A stretch of 64,000 nt of DNA from Methanoregula sp. (GCA_035527915.1 DATKZP010000073.1:3073-67072); one strand, 5' to 3'. Positions 10,019 through 19,340 are shown, numbered from the stretch's first letter. A program made the numbers and translations. The notes: a model not told the origin generated them from the letters alone.

Positions 10019-11560
10019 ATGACCACTTCTCCTGACAATCTCGCATTTGACCAGACACGGCTTGATAAAGTACGTGCACTCAGGGATAAAGGAATCCCCA
10101 TTTTCCCATCTTCATTCGATCGCAAGCATACGGTACGCGATCTCAAAACCCGGTACGCGGATATCACCCATGAAAGGAGCGCTGAACAGGTATCCACGGC
10201 GGGGAGAATATATATTGTAAGGAACCACGGCAAAACCCTGTTTGCGGATCTTGGTGACGAAACCGGAAAGATCCAGCTCTATATCCGGAAAAACGATATT
10301 GGGGACGAGCAGTTTGAACTGTTCAACCAGTTCATTGAGCGGGGGGATATCATCGGCGTTACTGGTCATGTATTCCGGACGAAACTAGGTGAGATCACCA
10401 TCTGGGTAGACACGTTCACCCTTCTCTGCAAAGCAGTATGTTCGCTCCCGGAGAAATTCCACGGCCTGACTGATGTTGAAAAGCGCTATCGCCAGAGATA
10501 TGTTGACCTGATCGTTAACGAGGAGAGCCGGCAGATATTCCGGATCCGGAGCCGGGTTATCTCCCTTATCCGAAGGTATCTTGATGATCACGGGTTCCTG
10601 GAATTCGAAACCCCTATCCTCCAGCCAATATATGGCGGGGCAAATGCCCGCCCGTTCACTTCATACCATCACTTCCATGACCAGAAACTGTTCCTCCGGA
10701 TTGCACCCGAGCTGTACCTGAAACGGCTGATTGTCGGGGGATTTGAGAAGGTCTATGAGGTTGCGCGGAATTTCCGCAACGAAGCAGTCGATACCGATCA
10801 TAACCCGGAATTTTCTATGGTGGAAATTTACGGGGCGTACCAGGATTTCGGGGATATGATGAGACTGACTGAAGATATTGTCTCCTCCATTGTCTTTGAA
10901 GTCCATGGAAAATTTGAGATTCCATTCGGGAACACTACTCTGAATTTTGAAAAGCCCTGGAAGAAACTCTCCATGGCGGATGCGGTAAAGGAGTATGCCG
11001 GAATCGACATCTATAGCCACACCGTTGAACAGCTCCGCGAACTCGCAGCGCAGAATAAGCTGGATAACTGGGAAAAATCAAAAACCCAGCGGGAATTCCT
11101 TGTCCAGTTCTTTGAAGGGCTTGTGGAGGAAAAACTCATCCAGCCGACCTTCATTTACGATTACCCGGTTGAGACTTCCCCGCTCGCAAAACGTCACCGC
11201 ACCAAAGAGGGATTTACCGAGAGATTCGAGCTCTTCATTCACGGGATGGAAGTGGGTAACGGTTTTTCGGAGCTGAACGACGCTGTCGACCAGAAAGCAC
11301 GATTCGAAGAGCAGGACGAAAAGCGGCGCCATGGTGATCTGGAAGCCCAGATGATCGATTATGATTTCATCAACGCTCTCGGATATGGTATGCCACCAAC
11401 CGGTGGTGTGGGTATTGGCATCGACCGGCTCTTGATGCTGCTGACAAATAATATTTCGATAAAAGAAGTGATCCTCTTCCCCCAGATGAAGACATTAAAA
11501 GCGGGCGAGAAAGAGGAAGAGGGTGAAGAACCTTCGCAGGAAAAACAGGGGACAGAATAA
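10019..11560 (+). CDS. lysS: Lysine--tRNA ligase, class II
   Basis: N-terminal OB-fold (GKTLFADL, GEITIW), RYRQRYVDL, YGGANARPF, LRIAPELYLKRL, FRNE, GMPPTGGVGIGIDRL. Confidence 0.97.
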   Translation: MTTSPDNLAFDQTRLDKVRALRDKGIPIFPSSFDRKHTVRDLKTRYADITHERSAEQVSTAGRIYIVRNHGKTLFADLGDETGKIQLYIRKNDIGDEQFELFNQFIERGDIIGVTGHVFRTKLGEITIWVDTFTLLCKAVCSLPEKFHGLTDVEKRYRQRYVDLIVNEESRQIFRIRSRVISLIRRYLDDHGFLEFETPILQPIYGGANARPFTSYHHFHDQKLFLRIAPELYLKRLIVGGFEKVYEVARNFRNEAVDTDHNPEFSMVEIYGAYQDFGDMMRLTEDIVSSIVFEVHGKFEIPFGNTTLNFEKPWKKLSMADAVKEYAGIDIYSHTVEQLRELAAQNKLDNWEKSKTQREFLVQFFEGLVEEKLIQPTFIYDYPVETSPLAKRHRTKEGFTERFELFIHGMEVGNGFSELNDAVDQKARFEEQDEKRRHGDLEAQMIDYDFINALGYGMPPTGGVGIGIDRLLMLLTNNISIKEVILFPQMKTLKAGEKEEEGEEPSQEKQGTE

Positions 11561-11576
11561 GTCCCTCCCTTATATC

Positions 11577-13079
11577 TCACACTTTTTTCACGGTCACTTT
11601 CCAGTCTTCAAGCAGGACAAACTCAGGATCAAAGTTACAGGTATCGCAGACCACTTTCGGATACTGGACAACTGTACGGTAAAACACTACGTCGCCCGGG
11701 TCCGGAACGAGCGGGAGATCGACATCCTTCTGGATAATATACCGGTACGGGTCGAGACTGCTGGCATAGTATGCTTTGAACTGGTGCCGCTCGTCATCCG
11801 TTGCATCGAACGAGTATTCGGCCATCTCGGCCACTGTCACGTCATTGGGAATCCAGCCATAGCCCGGGATATAATACTCGGCCCAGAAATGAGCGCCCGC
11901 ATTGCCGGAGATCATCTGGAAGCCGCCGATGGCCCGCGCCGGGATGCCGAGCGAGCGGCAGAGGGCGGCAAAGTATATGCTCTGCGTCCCGCAGTCGCCA
12001 AACCCGGTGTTAAGGACATAGACCGATTCCGGTATGCCAGCCGCATCAAGCCTCGAGTGCGAGATGTGGCTGTAGGGCATTTCAATGACGTGCCAGTAGA
12101 TCTTCTCTGCCTGCAGGTACGGGTTGGTCTCGTTCCCCACGATTTCCTGTGCTTTCGCCTTCATCTCCGGTGTAAGAGCGATGTTTCTGCTGGAGCGGGT
12201 ATATTTTTTATATTCGGGATCGCTCGTGTTGTATCTCCCGACCTTTGCGGGATCGATTGTGAACCGCTGTTCGTACTGGGTATAGCGGAACTGTGTGGTG
12301 AGATTGAGGAAATCGCCGGTCACGCCCTCAAGCGGAATCTCGAAATACGCGAGCCCGAGGTCAGCACCCATGCCGGACTGTTCTTTGATGTACTCTGCCG
12401 GTGCCACCGAGATTATGGTGACATCCCGCTGCGATTCCGTCTCTACGGGAAGCGGGAACCAGAGGCGGAGGGTGCCGGTCTTCGGGAGCAGGTCGATCGG
12501 GATAATGAGCACTTCTGTACCTTCCCACGTGACCGGATTAACATAATTCCCTGCTCCTTCATCCGCGGGTGCGAATGTGAGGTATTTCAACTGGTCATAT
12601 AAGGGCGTTTCACCCAGGGCAGCAGTCCACTGGCGCATCAGGTCCGGGTTGTGGAACCTGATATTGTGGATGGTGTCAGTGTAGTACCAAACGGTGCCGT
12701 CACTCTCAATGCACTGGCTCTGGTCACAGGGGAGCCAGCCGGCTTTCCGTTCAGCAGGTACATCCGGGAACGCCTCATCAATTGCGGAAACGATCTCCGA
12801 CTCGTTAAAGATGAATTCATATGTTATCCTACCGGCAACAGATGCCTTGTTAAAAGCTTTCTTTTCGCCAGCCGCGTTGCCCTCGGCCTTGTACTGATTA
12901 TATGCTTCTACATACAGCTTTTCAGCGGCATGTAGGTTGTTGTTTAAAAACTCGCTTTCCGCCTGAGTGTAGAGAGTGTCACCTTGCGAGGCGGGATAGG
13001 TCATCTGCGGGGAGGTACAGCCTGCTGCAAGAATGGCAGCAAGCATGAGGAGGATGGCAATCAGAGTAATTTGTTTCAT
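11577..13079 (-). CDS. Lipoprotein with transglutaminase-like (Cys-His-Asp) domain
   Basis: Lipobox LAAGC, then GDCGTQS...CRSLGIPAR (Cys), HFWAEYY (His) and GWIPND (Asp). Confidence 0.85.
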   Translation of the reverse strand: MKQITLIAILLMLAAILAAGCTSPQMTYPASQGDTLYTQAESEFLNNNLHAAEKLYVEAYNQYKAEGNAAGEKKAFNKASVAGRITYEFIFNESEIVSAIDEAFPDVPAERKAGWLPCDQSQCIESDGTVWYYTDTIHNIRFHNPDLMRQWTAALGETPLYDQLKYLTFAPADEGAGNYVNPVTWEGTEVLIIPIDLLPKTGTLRLWFPLPVETESQRDVTIISVAPAEYIKEQSGMGADLGLAYFEIPLEGVTGDFLNLTTQFRYTQYEQRFTIDPAKVGRYNTSDPEYKKYTRSSRNIALTPEMKAKAQEIVGNETNPYLQAEKIYWHVIEMPYSHISHSRLDAAGIPESVYVLNTGFGDCGTQSIYFAALCRSLGIPARAIGGFQMISGNAGAHFWAEYYIPGYGWIPNDVTVAEMAEYSFDATDDERHQFKAYYASSLDPYRYIIQKDVDLPLVPDPGDVVFYRTVVQYPKVVCDTCNFDPEFVLLEDWKVTVKKV

Positions 13080-13181
13080 GGATACACCCGGATATTATGA
13101 TAGATAAGTGACGGTAGTGACATTTCATTAAGGTTGGGATATGGTTTTTTGGCCTGCAAAACGGATCGCACTCCTTAATTA

Positions 13182-13579
13182 CGGGTGCTGGCCGAAGTCC
13201 TGCTCAGTTTCCGGGGCCTGATGGATTACCTTGCCGGGCTGAAGATGAAAACCAGCTATCAGGAGCGGTGGGTATTAACAACCTGATGTACATCACGAGG
13301 ACCCGCTCGCCGGTAGCGGCTATGGACGTGCTGCTCCGGTTCAACGAACACAACCTGCACTCGGAACTCGTAAAGCAGGACGTCCTGATCCTGACCGGCG
13401 CTGAGGACCATTTCATCCTGCTTAAGATGCATTACAAGCAGGTGAACGCCCTGAAAAACGCCCGGTCGGTTACGGCCCGGATCTTCACACGCGAAGAGCA
13501 CAGTGAGAACCACTGCCAAGTAGGGAACACCGGGCTTGCCCTCTAGGTCCTGCTGGAGTGGATCGAAGAAAAGTCGTGA
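13182..13579 (+). pseudogene. Remnant of an alpha/beta-hydrolase gene (C-terminal part only; frameshift plus premature stop)
   Basis: Translation gives ...DVLILTGAEDHF...ENHCQVGNTGLAL*VLLEWIEEKS*: acid and His motifs, an in-frame TAG at 13544-13546 and the natural end at 13579. An apparent 1-nt deletion near 13271 separates ...YQERW from GINNL. No N-terminal half was found upstream. Confidence 0.7.
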
Positions 13580-13797
13580 AGCGGGCATTACACTGGGAGA
13601 ATATGGGAGACTGTGAGGTACCTGATCTCACAGGACATTCCCGTTAATCATGGGTGCAAAACGAAAATCTTTACCTGTCACAGACCACCACACATTCTTT
13701 ACTAATAAGGTGCAGGCACTACCTGCTCTGCCATATTGGCAATCCGTGACGGCCATTCATAAAACAGTACCGGCAATATCAGTGCCTGCCGGAGGTT

Positions 13798-15606
13798 ATG
13801 ATCCGTATGCAAAAAGAGCCGCAGTCGAAAGCTTGCAGGTGGCTGCCCTGCTCCATTATCACGTTCGCCATTGTGCTTATCACCCTTGCTGCCATTGTCC
13901 TTATCGCTATATCTGGTACAGTCCTGCCTGCGAACGGGATCGCATCCCTTTCCGGCACGGTGACCTGCGACAGCAAGTGCGGGCAGGGGCCAATCTACGT
14001 CATCGCCATTGCACAGGAAAACGCAGGCAGGTACCGGTTCATCGAAACAACAGTACCGGTTTATACTGCATCGGAAGTTGCCGGTTATGCAAAACTGACG
14101 GGGCCGGGCCTCTACCATATCACCGGCCTTAAAAACGGGAACTATACCGTATACGCGTGGCAGGACAAAAACGGGAATGGCGGGATCGAACATCTTAACT
14201 ATGCAGAACCAACCGGCTGGTACCAGACGCCTGACCACCTCGGGCCGGTACCGGTGGATGCAACCACCGATGCACGGGGAATCGATATCCGTCTCATCCA
14301 ATCCCATGCGTACCCGGCCGGGGAGCGGTCGGTAACCCGGGGAGAGGGCGGGGGAACGATCAGACAGGTCAGGAACTTCACGGTGCTGCACCTGTACGGC
14401 AATCCCGAAGAACGGGCGTATGCCTTCGGGTACCTTACCGGCCCGCAGGTCATGGACTTCCTCGACTTTGTAGTCCTTGAAAACTTCGCCGGTTCGACTG
14501 AATGGTACGAGCAAAAGTATATCCCCTATCTAAGGAGCAATTTCTCCGAGTACCGGCAGTACGACAGCGAGGTTGAGGAATTCCTCGCAGGCATGCGGGA
14601 TTCCGGAACCGACATGCAGGTCCGGTGGCTCAACCGCACGATAACAGCAGATGATATCTACGCTATCAATAGCTACTACTTCGAGGAGATCTACCGCGGC
14701 ATCCCGCCGCAGGGGAACCGGGAGGAGAATCAACGGATATCCTGCTCGAGCGCGGTCGTCTGGGGCAACATTACAAAGAACCCGGAACTGAACGGTGGCA
14801 TTATCCACGGCAAGAATATGGACGGCGAGAACGACCTGCGCAAGGTTACCGTAAACAGCCTCCTCATTATCGCAATCGAGCCGGAGAAGGGCAGCGGGGA
14901 AAAACGTGTTGTATCTGTTGACTGGCCGGGCTTCATCGGGACTTTCAATCCGATGAACGAGGACGGGATCTACCTTGCGCCCCATGCAGCAGGAACTCTC
15001 CCTGACTATAGCGCGACTGACCATACCGATTACCCGCTCATGTACAGGCCGGTGATCCTGCAGGCGTCCTCCACGGACGAGGCACTCGATCTCTGGCACC
15101 AGGCTGGCGGCACGCTGTCTTCAGGATTCAGTACCGCAATCTCCCAGCCCGTACAAACACGGAGCGGGTATCCCCCCTCGGTGACGCTGGAGAGCGATGT
15201 CTGGGGCGATGCTATCCGGCTGCCGGGTGCGACATGGCCGGACAACCCGGAGATGATCTTCACCGTCAACACGTTCTATGCGTACGAGGGTGTGAACCCA
15301 GAGGCGGTCTCGGCCCTAAAAACATACCATGACGCTGTATATCCGACGGATTACCGGTACCGGGCTATGGCGGACAGGGCCAACCAGTACATCGCGGACA
15401 GGGGCAGCATTGGCACCCCGGAGATGATCGGCCTGATGCGGGCGGCTTCCACGTCAAAAGAGTACCAGGGCCAGACGGAGTACAGCTTCATCGCGTATCC
15501 CGACCTGCGGGAGTTTGCCCTTGCACGGGAAGACCTGCAGAAAAAGAGCCTCGATGCGTCTTTCGCGCAGTACGAGCGGTTCACGTTCGATGATGTGTTT
15601 GCCTGA
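13798..15606 (+). CDS. Exported/membrane-anchored Ntn-hydrolase (peptidase C45 / acyl-CoA:6-APA acyltransferase-like) with N-terminal beta-sandwich domain
   Basis: N-terminal hydrophobic segment and a DKNGNG Ca-loop-like motif. LHLYGNPEERAYAFG pro-domain, then SCSSAVVW (candidate nucleophile Cys), HGKNMD and WPGFIG...MNEDG. Confidence 0.72.
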   Translation: MIRMQKEPQSKACRWLPCSIITFAIVLITLAAIVLIAISGTVLPANGIASLSGTVTCDSKCGQGPIYVIAIAQENAGRYRFIETTVPVYTASEVAGYAKLTGPGLYHITGLKNGNYTVYAWQDKNGNGGIEHLNYAEPTGWYQTPDHLGPVPVDATTDARGIDIRLIQSHAYPAGERSVTRGEGGGTIRQVRNFTVLHLYGNPEERAYAFGYLTGPQVMDFLDFVVLENFAGSTEWYEQKYIPYLRSNFSEYRQYDSEVEEFLAGMRDSGTDMQVRWLNRTITADDIYAINSYYFEEIYRGIPPQGNREENQRISCSSAVVWGNITKNPELNGGIIHGKNMDGENDLRKVTVNSLLIIAIEPEKGSGEKRVVSVDWPGFIGTFNPMNEDGIYLAPHAAGTLPDYSATDHTDYPLMYRPVILQASSTDEALDLWHQAGGTLSSGFSTAISQPVQTRSGYPPSVTLESDVWGDAIRLPGATWPDNPEMIFTVNTFYAYEGVNPEAVSALKTYHDAVYPTDYRYRAMADRANQYIADRGSIGTPEMIGLMRAASTSKEYQGQTEYSFIAYPDLREFALAREDLQKKSLDASFAQYERFTFDDVFA

Positions 15607-15886
15607 TCAATATGTGGAGGTGCCCGTACCTGCGACCCCCCTACAGGAGTCGCGGGGATACACTCAAGGTATGCAGAAGAGAACCCCATATACCCAGAGA
15701 GATGCGGACGTAGATCCTCACATCCAGTCGTTAAAAGAGAATGCCGACAGCAAACAGGACAATTTAGGAAATCATAACTAGTTCGAATCAAAATCACACT
15801 TCATAGCATAACCTGACAAATAATCCCGGACTTCGCAGGGACTGCAGGCCTCTCAGGAGACCCATACAGGAAAAGAGGTAGTTGTT

Positions 15887-17299
15887 ATGAAATGGAAAAT
15901 TGCAGGACTTCTTCTGGTATTCCTTATCTGTGCTGCCGGCTGCGTTACGTCGCCCCCGCCGGCGGAAAGCAGTTCACAGGCCGTCGCTGCCGGCACACCG
16001 GTACCGCTTTCTTCGGCCGATGCAGCGGTATCGGAGAGACTTGACGAATACATGACGGCGCTTGCCGCTGCTGGTCAGTTCAGCGGGGCCGTGCTGGTGG
16101 CACGGGGCGGGACCGTGCTCCTCTCGAAAGGATACGGCATGGCGAACTACGAGTTCTCTGTACCCAACATGCCGCAGACCGTATTTCCCATCGGCTCGAA
16201 CACCAAACAGTTCACCGCGGCCGGCATCATGAAACTGCAGGAGCAGGGGAAACTGACCATCACCGACCCGGTCTCGTTGTATATACCCGGTGCCCCGCGG
16301 TGGAAGGACATACGGATCTACCACCTCCTGAACCATACATCAGGCATCCCGTCTGAGGGCGGGTTCCTGCTCACCGACCCTGCCGATATCGCACTTCCCG
16401 AACTCGTGAAACGGTTTGCTAACCTTCCTCTCACCTTCGAACCCGGTAAAGGGTATACCTATTCCAACAACGGCTACATCACGTTAAGCTACATCATCGA
16501 GCAGGCATCGGGTATGCCCTTCGATGAGTACCTGCGGGAGAACATCTTCCTGCCGCTGGGTTTGACCAGCACCGGGCAGGACAATGCCCGTGACGTTTTT
16601 GCCAACCGTGCATCCGGGTATACCACGATGGACGGGAAACACATCCACTACGATCTCCAGAATATCTACAACTCCTGGGGAGCCGGGTCGCTCCACTCAA
16701 CGACGGAAGACCTCTTCTTATGGGAGCGGGCATTCCATACCCCGGGTGCGATCCTTTCTTCTCAGTCTACCGATGCAATGGCCAAAAACGGATACGGGAT
16801 TGTACAGGCCACGTTTGGGAACCGCACTGTCATCGGCCATGGCGGGCGCAACTTCGGGTTCATCTCGTACACGCTCTATTATCCGGATGAGGACGTGAGC
16901 ATCATGTTTTTGTCAAACCATGACAGGACTCCCATGGCAACCCTCCCAAAAGACCTCTCGGCGATCGTTTTTGACGAGCCGTATTCCCTGCCGCAGAAGA
17001 TCGAGCGCAGGGCAGTACCGCTGACCGCTGAAGCACTCGGGGAATATGCCGGGACCTACGCGCCTGAGTGGGAGAGGACATGGACCTTTACCGTATTTCC
17101 TGATGGTACCCGCCTGTTTTACATATCCGCCGTGCCGCATGAGACGGTTGAGCTCTTCTATGAGGGCAATGATACATTCTTCGTAACGCCGGAGTCGAAA
17201 GACGCGTTCATATTCACGCGGGACGACAGAGGGAAAGTCGACGGGTTGATGATGTATACGCTGGAAGGCGTGAATGACAAGGCCGTGAAGGTGGGATAA
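15887..17299 (+). CDS. Lipoprotein serine hydrolase, AmpC/S12 family, with C-terminal DUF3471-like domain
   Basis: Lipobox AAGC, SxxK (GSNTKQF), YxN (YSNNGY), HGG, and a C-terminal LGEYAGTY...FF domain. Confidence 0.88.
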   Translation: MKWKIAGLLLVFLICAAGCVTSPPPAESSSQAVAAGTPVPLSSADAAVSERLDEYMTALAAAGQFSGAVLVARGGTVLLSKGYGMANYEFSVPNMPQTVFPIGSNTKQFTAAGIMKLQEQGKLTITDPVSLYIPGAPRWKDIRIYHLLNHTSGIPSEGGFLLTDPADIALPELVKRFANLPLTFEPGKGYTYSNNGYITLSYIIEQASGMPFDEYLRENIFLPLGLTSTGQDNARDVFANRASGYTTMDGKHIHYDLQNIYNSWGAGSLHSTTEDLFLWERAFHTPGAILSSQSTDAMAKNGYGIVQATFGNRTVIGHGGRNFGFISYTLYYPDEDVSIMFLSNHDRTPMATLPKDLSAIVFDEPYSLPQKIERRAVPLTAEALGEYAGTYAPEWERTWTFTVFPDGTRLFYISAVPHETVELFYEGNDTFFVTPESKDAFIFTRDDRGKVDGLMMYTLEGVNDKAVKVG

Positions 17300-17474
17300 A
17301 ACCAGAACAGGGTATGAATACCGGGCAGATGAATCGGCCATAACCCGGGACGAAGGAGTGTATCCTCACCCCGGTACTTCTGGAGGAGATCACCTCCATC
17401 CGGGCGACTGATGTGGGACTGCGTCATGCACTGTGAGTTCCACCCGGGGATAGCGAGAAACGGGGCAGAAAGAA

Positions 17475-17507
17475 GGGGGTTATTTCACCCCGGGGGCTAT
17501 AACCCCC
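17475..17507. repeat. 9-bp perfect inverted repeat (GGGGGTTAT / ATAACCCCC) between convergent genes
   Basis: Arms at 17475-17483 and 17499-17507, with a CCCCGGGG palindrome in the loop. Could be a terminator or a REP-like element. Confidence 0.5.
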
Positions 17508-17546
17508 GCAGGGTTGGTCCGCGATCGGGGGGATTCCCATACCAAC

Positions 17547-19136
17547 TCAATAATACGTGTAGATTGCTTCGGCGATTCTGCCGAGGTCGTTTCCTATAGC
17601 CATCATGTCATCGATAGTTTCAAAAGGCACATTGTTCACGTAGATGGCAAAGACCAGCCGCTTCCCGTGTGAGGTATCGACATACCCGGCAAGGGATTTG
17701 GCAAGCAGGATGCCGCGGTCATTTAGGGGGTCGTATGTACCGGTAGTCCCGGTCTTTGCATGCACCCTGCCGCGTGCCGGGCAGTCAGGGCTGCAGGACG
17801 TGGCAAGAGACCCGTCAACCCCGAGGATGGGGAGTGCATTCATATATTTCTCTACATACGGGCGTGTGGTCATCAGGGTCAGGAGCTCTGCAGCGGACCG
17901 GGGGGAGATGCGGTCTTCGTTCGCACCGCCTTCACCATCTCCAAGGGAAACGCCGCGTGTGTCGAGACCGAGGGAACTGAGGATCTTTCCCTCTTCCAGC
18001 ATGCCGTCGTAGAAGTCAGTTTTGTTGGATGCGACGGCAATCAGGGAGACATAGGTATCGGCATGGAGGTTCTGGGAGACCTTGAGCGTCAGTTTCACGT
18101 CCTCAAAGAAGGGGGGGGAGATGAGTTCTGCAACCTTCCGGGCATCGGTATAGGCTGCCGGTGCCGGGAGTATTGCCGAGGGATTATCCCCGGTTGGTAC
18201 AGCGGTCACGCGGATCCCCTGCCGGATTAATGCCTCGATGAAGAGCGTGCGGGCAAATGCGGCCGGTGTTTTTACCGTAAAGGTCTGGTTGACCGGTCCT
18301 GCATCGGCAGCTATTGTACCTTGCACGACAAGCGTTCCTTGTGGGTTTTCCGTTATAGAAACTGCAAGTGGAGATCCTGCATTACCGGTCAAGGCCTTAT
18401 TGACAAGATGGTACGCAGCAGTCTGCGGTTGCATCGCAAGCGACGGTACCGCACCGGGATCTGCAGGGGTTATGATGACATCGATCTGGTCATCGTTGAT
18501 GATGATCGGGGAGATTACAAACGTTTTCCCGAGATCGGTTGTCGTGAACAGCCGGTCATCAATGGCTACATCGGATACTTCCATGATACCGGCTCCTTTC
18601 ACCTGGGAAGCAAGATTGTCAAGGCCGGCCAAGGGATTGGTTGGCGCGAGGACCGCCCCGCCCAGTGCATTTGCGTCACCGTGATCGATGTTGGTATACG
18701 CAATCGTATCATCGGGGAGCGTGCGCCCGCCCATATTCGGATCGCCGCTTGCGACAAGAACCAGATTCCCGTCGAGTTTCCCGCTGCCATCGACCGATCC
18801 CATCACGTAGACCGGGGTTCTGAACCGGTAATCCGGGCCAAGAGCCTCAAGGGCTGCTGCTGATGAGAAGAGTTTTGTCGTAGATCCTGGCACATACATC
18901 TGGTCGGCATTGCTCTCGTAGATTGTTTTGCCGGTTGCCGGATCAGCAACGATAATCCCCCAGCTGGCATGCGTATACCGGGGAGCACTCGTAATTTCGG
19001 AGAGGTTGCTGTCGAATGATGAGGATTCAGAGGGTGTCGCAGGAGAACTCGTGCATCCCGCCGCGATCAGGAGCACGGCAAGAAAGGAGACCATGATAAG
19101 CACAGGGCAGGACCGGACCAAAGGGTATGATGGCAT
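17547..19136 (-). CDS. dacB: Lipoprotein D-Ala-D-Ala carboxypeptidase/endopeptidase (PBP4, peptidase S13)
   Basis: Lipobox IAAGC, SxxK (PGSTTKLF), LGPDYRFRT, GNLVLVASGDP, SxN (KVSQN) and KTG (AKTGT). Confidence 0.9.
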   Translation of the reverse strand: MPSYPLVRSCPVLIMVSFLAVLLIAAGCTSSPATPSESSSFDSNLSEITSAPRYTHASWGIIVADPATGKTIYESNADQMYVPGSTTKLFSSAAALEALGPDYRFRTPVYVMGSVDGSGKLDGNLVLVASGDPNMGGRTLPDDTIAYTNIDHGDANALGGAVLAPTNPLAGLDNLASQVKGAGIMEVSDVAIDDRLFTTTDLGKTFVISPIIINDDQIDVIITPADPGAVPSLAMQPQTAAYHLVNKALTGNAGSPLAVSITENPQGTLVVQGTIAADAGPVNQTFTVKTPAAFARTLFIEALIRQGIRVTAVPTGDNPSAILPAPAAYTDARKVAELISPPFFEDVKLTLKVSQNLHADTYVSLIAVASNKTDFYDGMLEEGKILSSLGLDTRGVSLGDGEGGANEDRISPRSAAELLTLMTTRPYVEKYMNALPILGVDGSLATSCSPDCPARGRVHAKTGTTGTYDPLNDRGILLAKSLAGYVDTSHGKRLVFAIYVNNVPFETIDDMMAIGNDLGRIAEAIYTYY

Positions 19137-19340
19137 GTGAATCTAACAGTGTTTCTGATCTGATTCCTGATAAACAGATAGATATACCCGTGGAAAAACG
19201 GCAAAACCGGTCGCAGATCCCCGCAACAGGAACGAAATCTATTTCGAACTGCCTTACTATAACAAACATTCAGGACAAAAAACGGCCTGTACAAGGCCGG
19301 GAAACTCCCGTTCAAAATACCAGGTTCCCGTGTGTTAGCC

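Noticed and set aside
11523-12602. 359-aa plus-strand ORF
   Set aside because: Antisense shadow of the GC-rich transglutaminase gene; no recognisable motifs.
13544-13546. In-frame TAG followed by a plausible C-terminus: pyrrolysine readthrough?
   Set aside because: The same gene has a frameshift and lacks its N-terminal half, no pyl genes are in the window, and Methanomicrobiales are not known to use Pyl. Pseudogene decay is simpler.
13702-14514. 270-aa minus-strand ORF (and similar ORFs at 14530-15099, 17760-18863, 22541-23308)
   Set aside because: Antisense or off-frame shadows of well-supported genes in GC-rich DNA.
15606-15887. tRNA or mobile-element end (GTTCGAATC at about 15781; GCGAC/GTCGC stem near 15630)
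   Set aside because: No cloverleaf can be built around the T-loop-like motif, and no transposase or paired terminal repeats were found.
17299-17547. Short minus-strand ORFs (17158-17427, 17214-17399) as a gene remnant
   Set aside because: They overlap the serine hydrolase 3' end and show no recognisable family signal.
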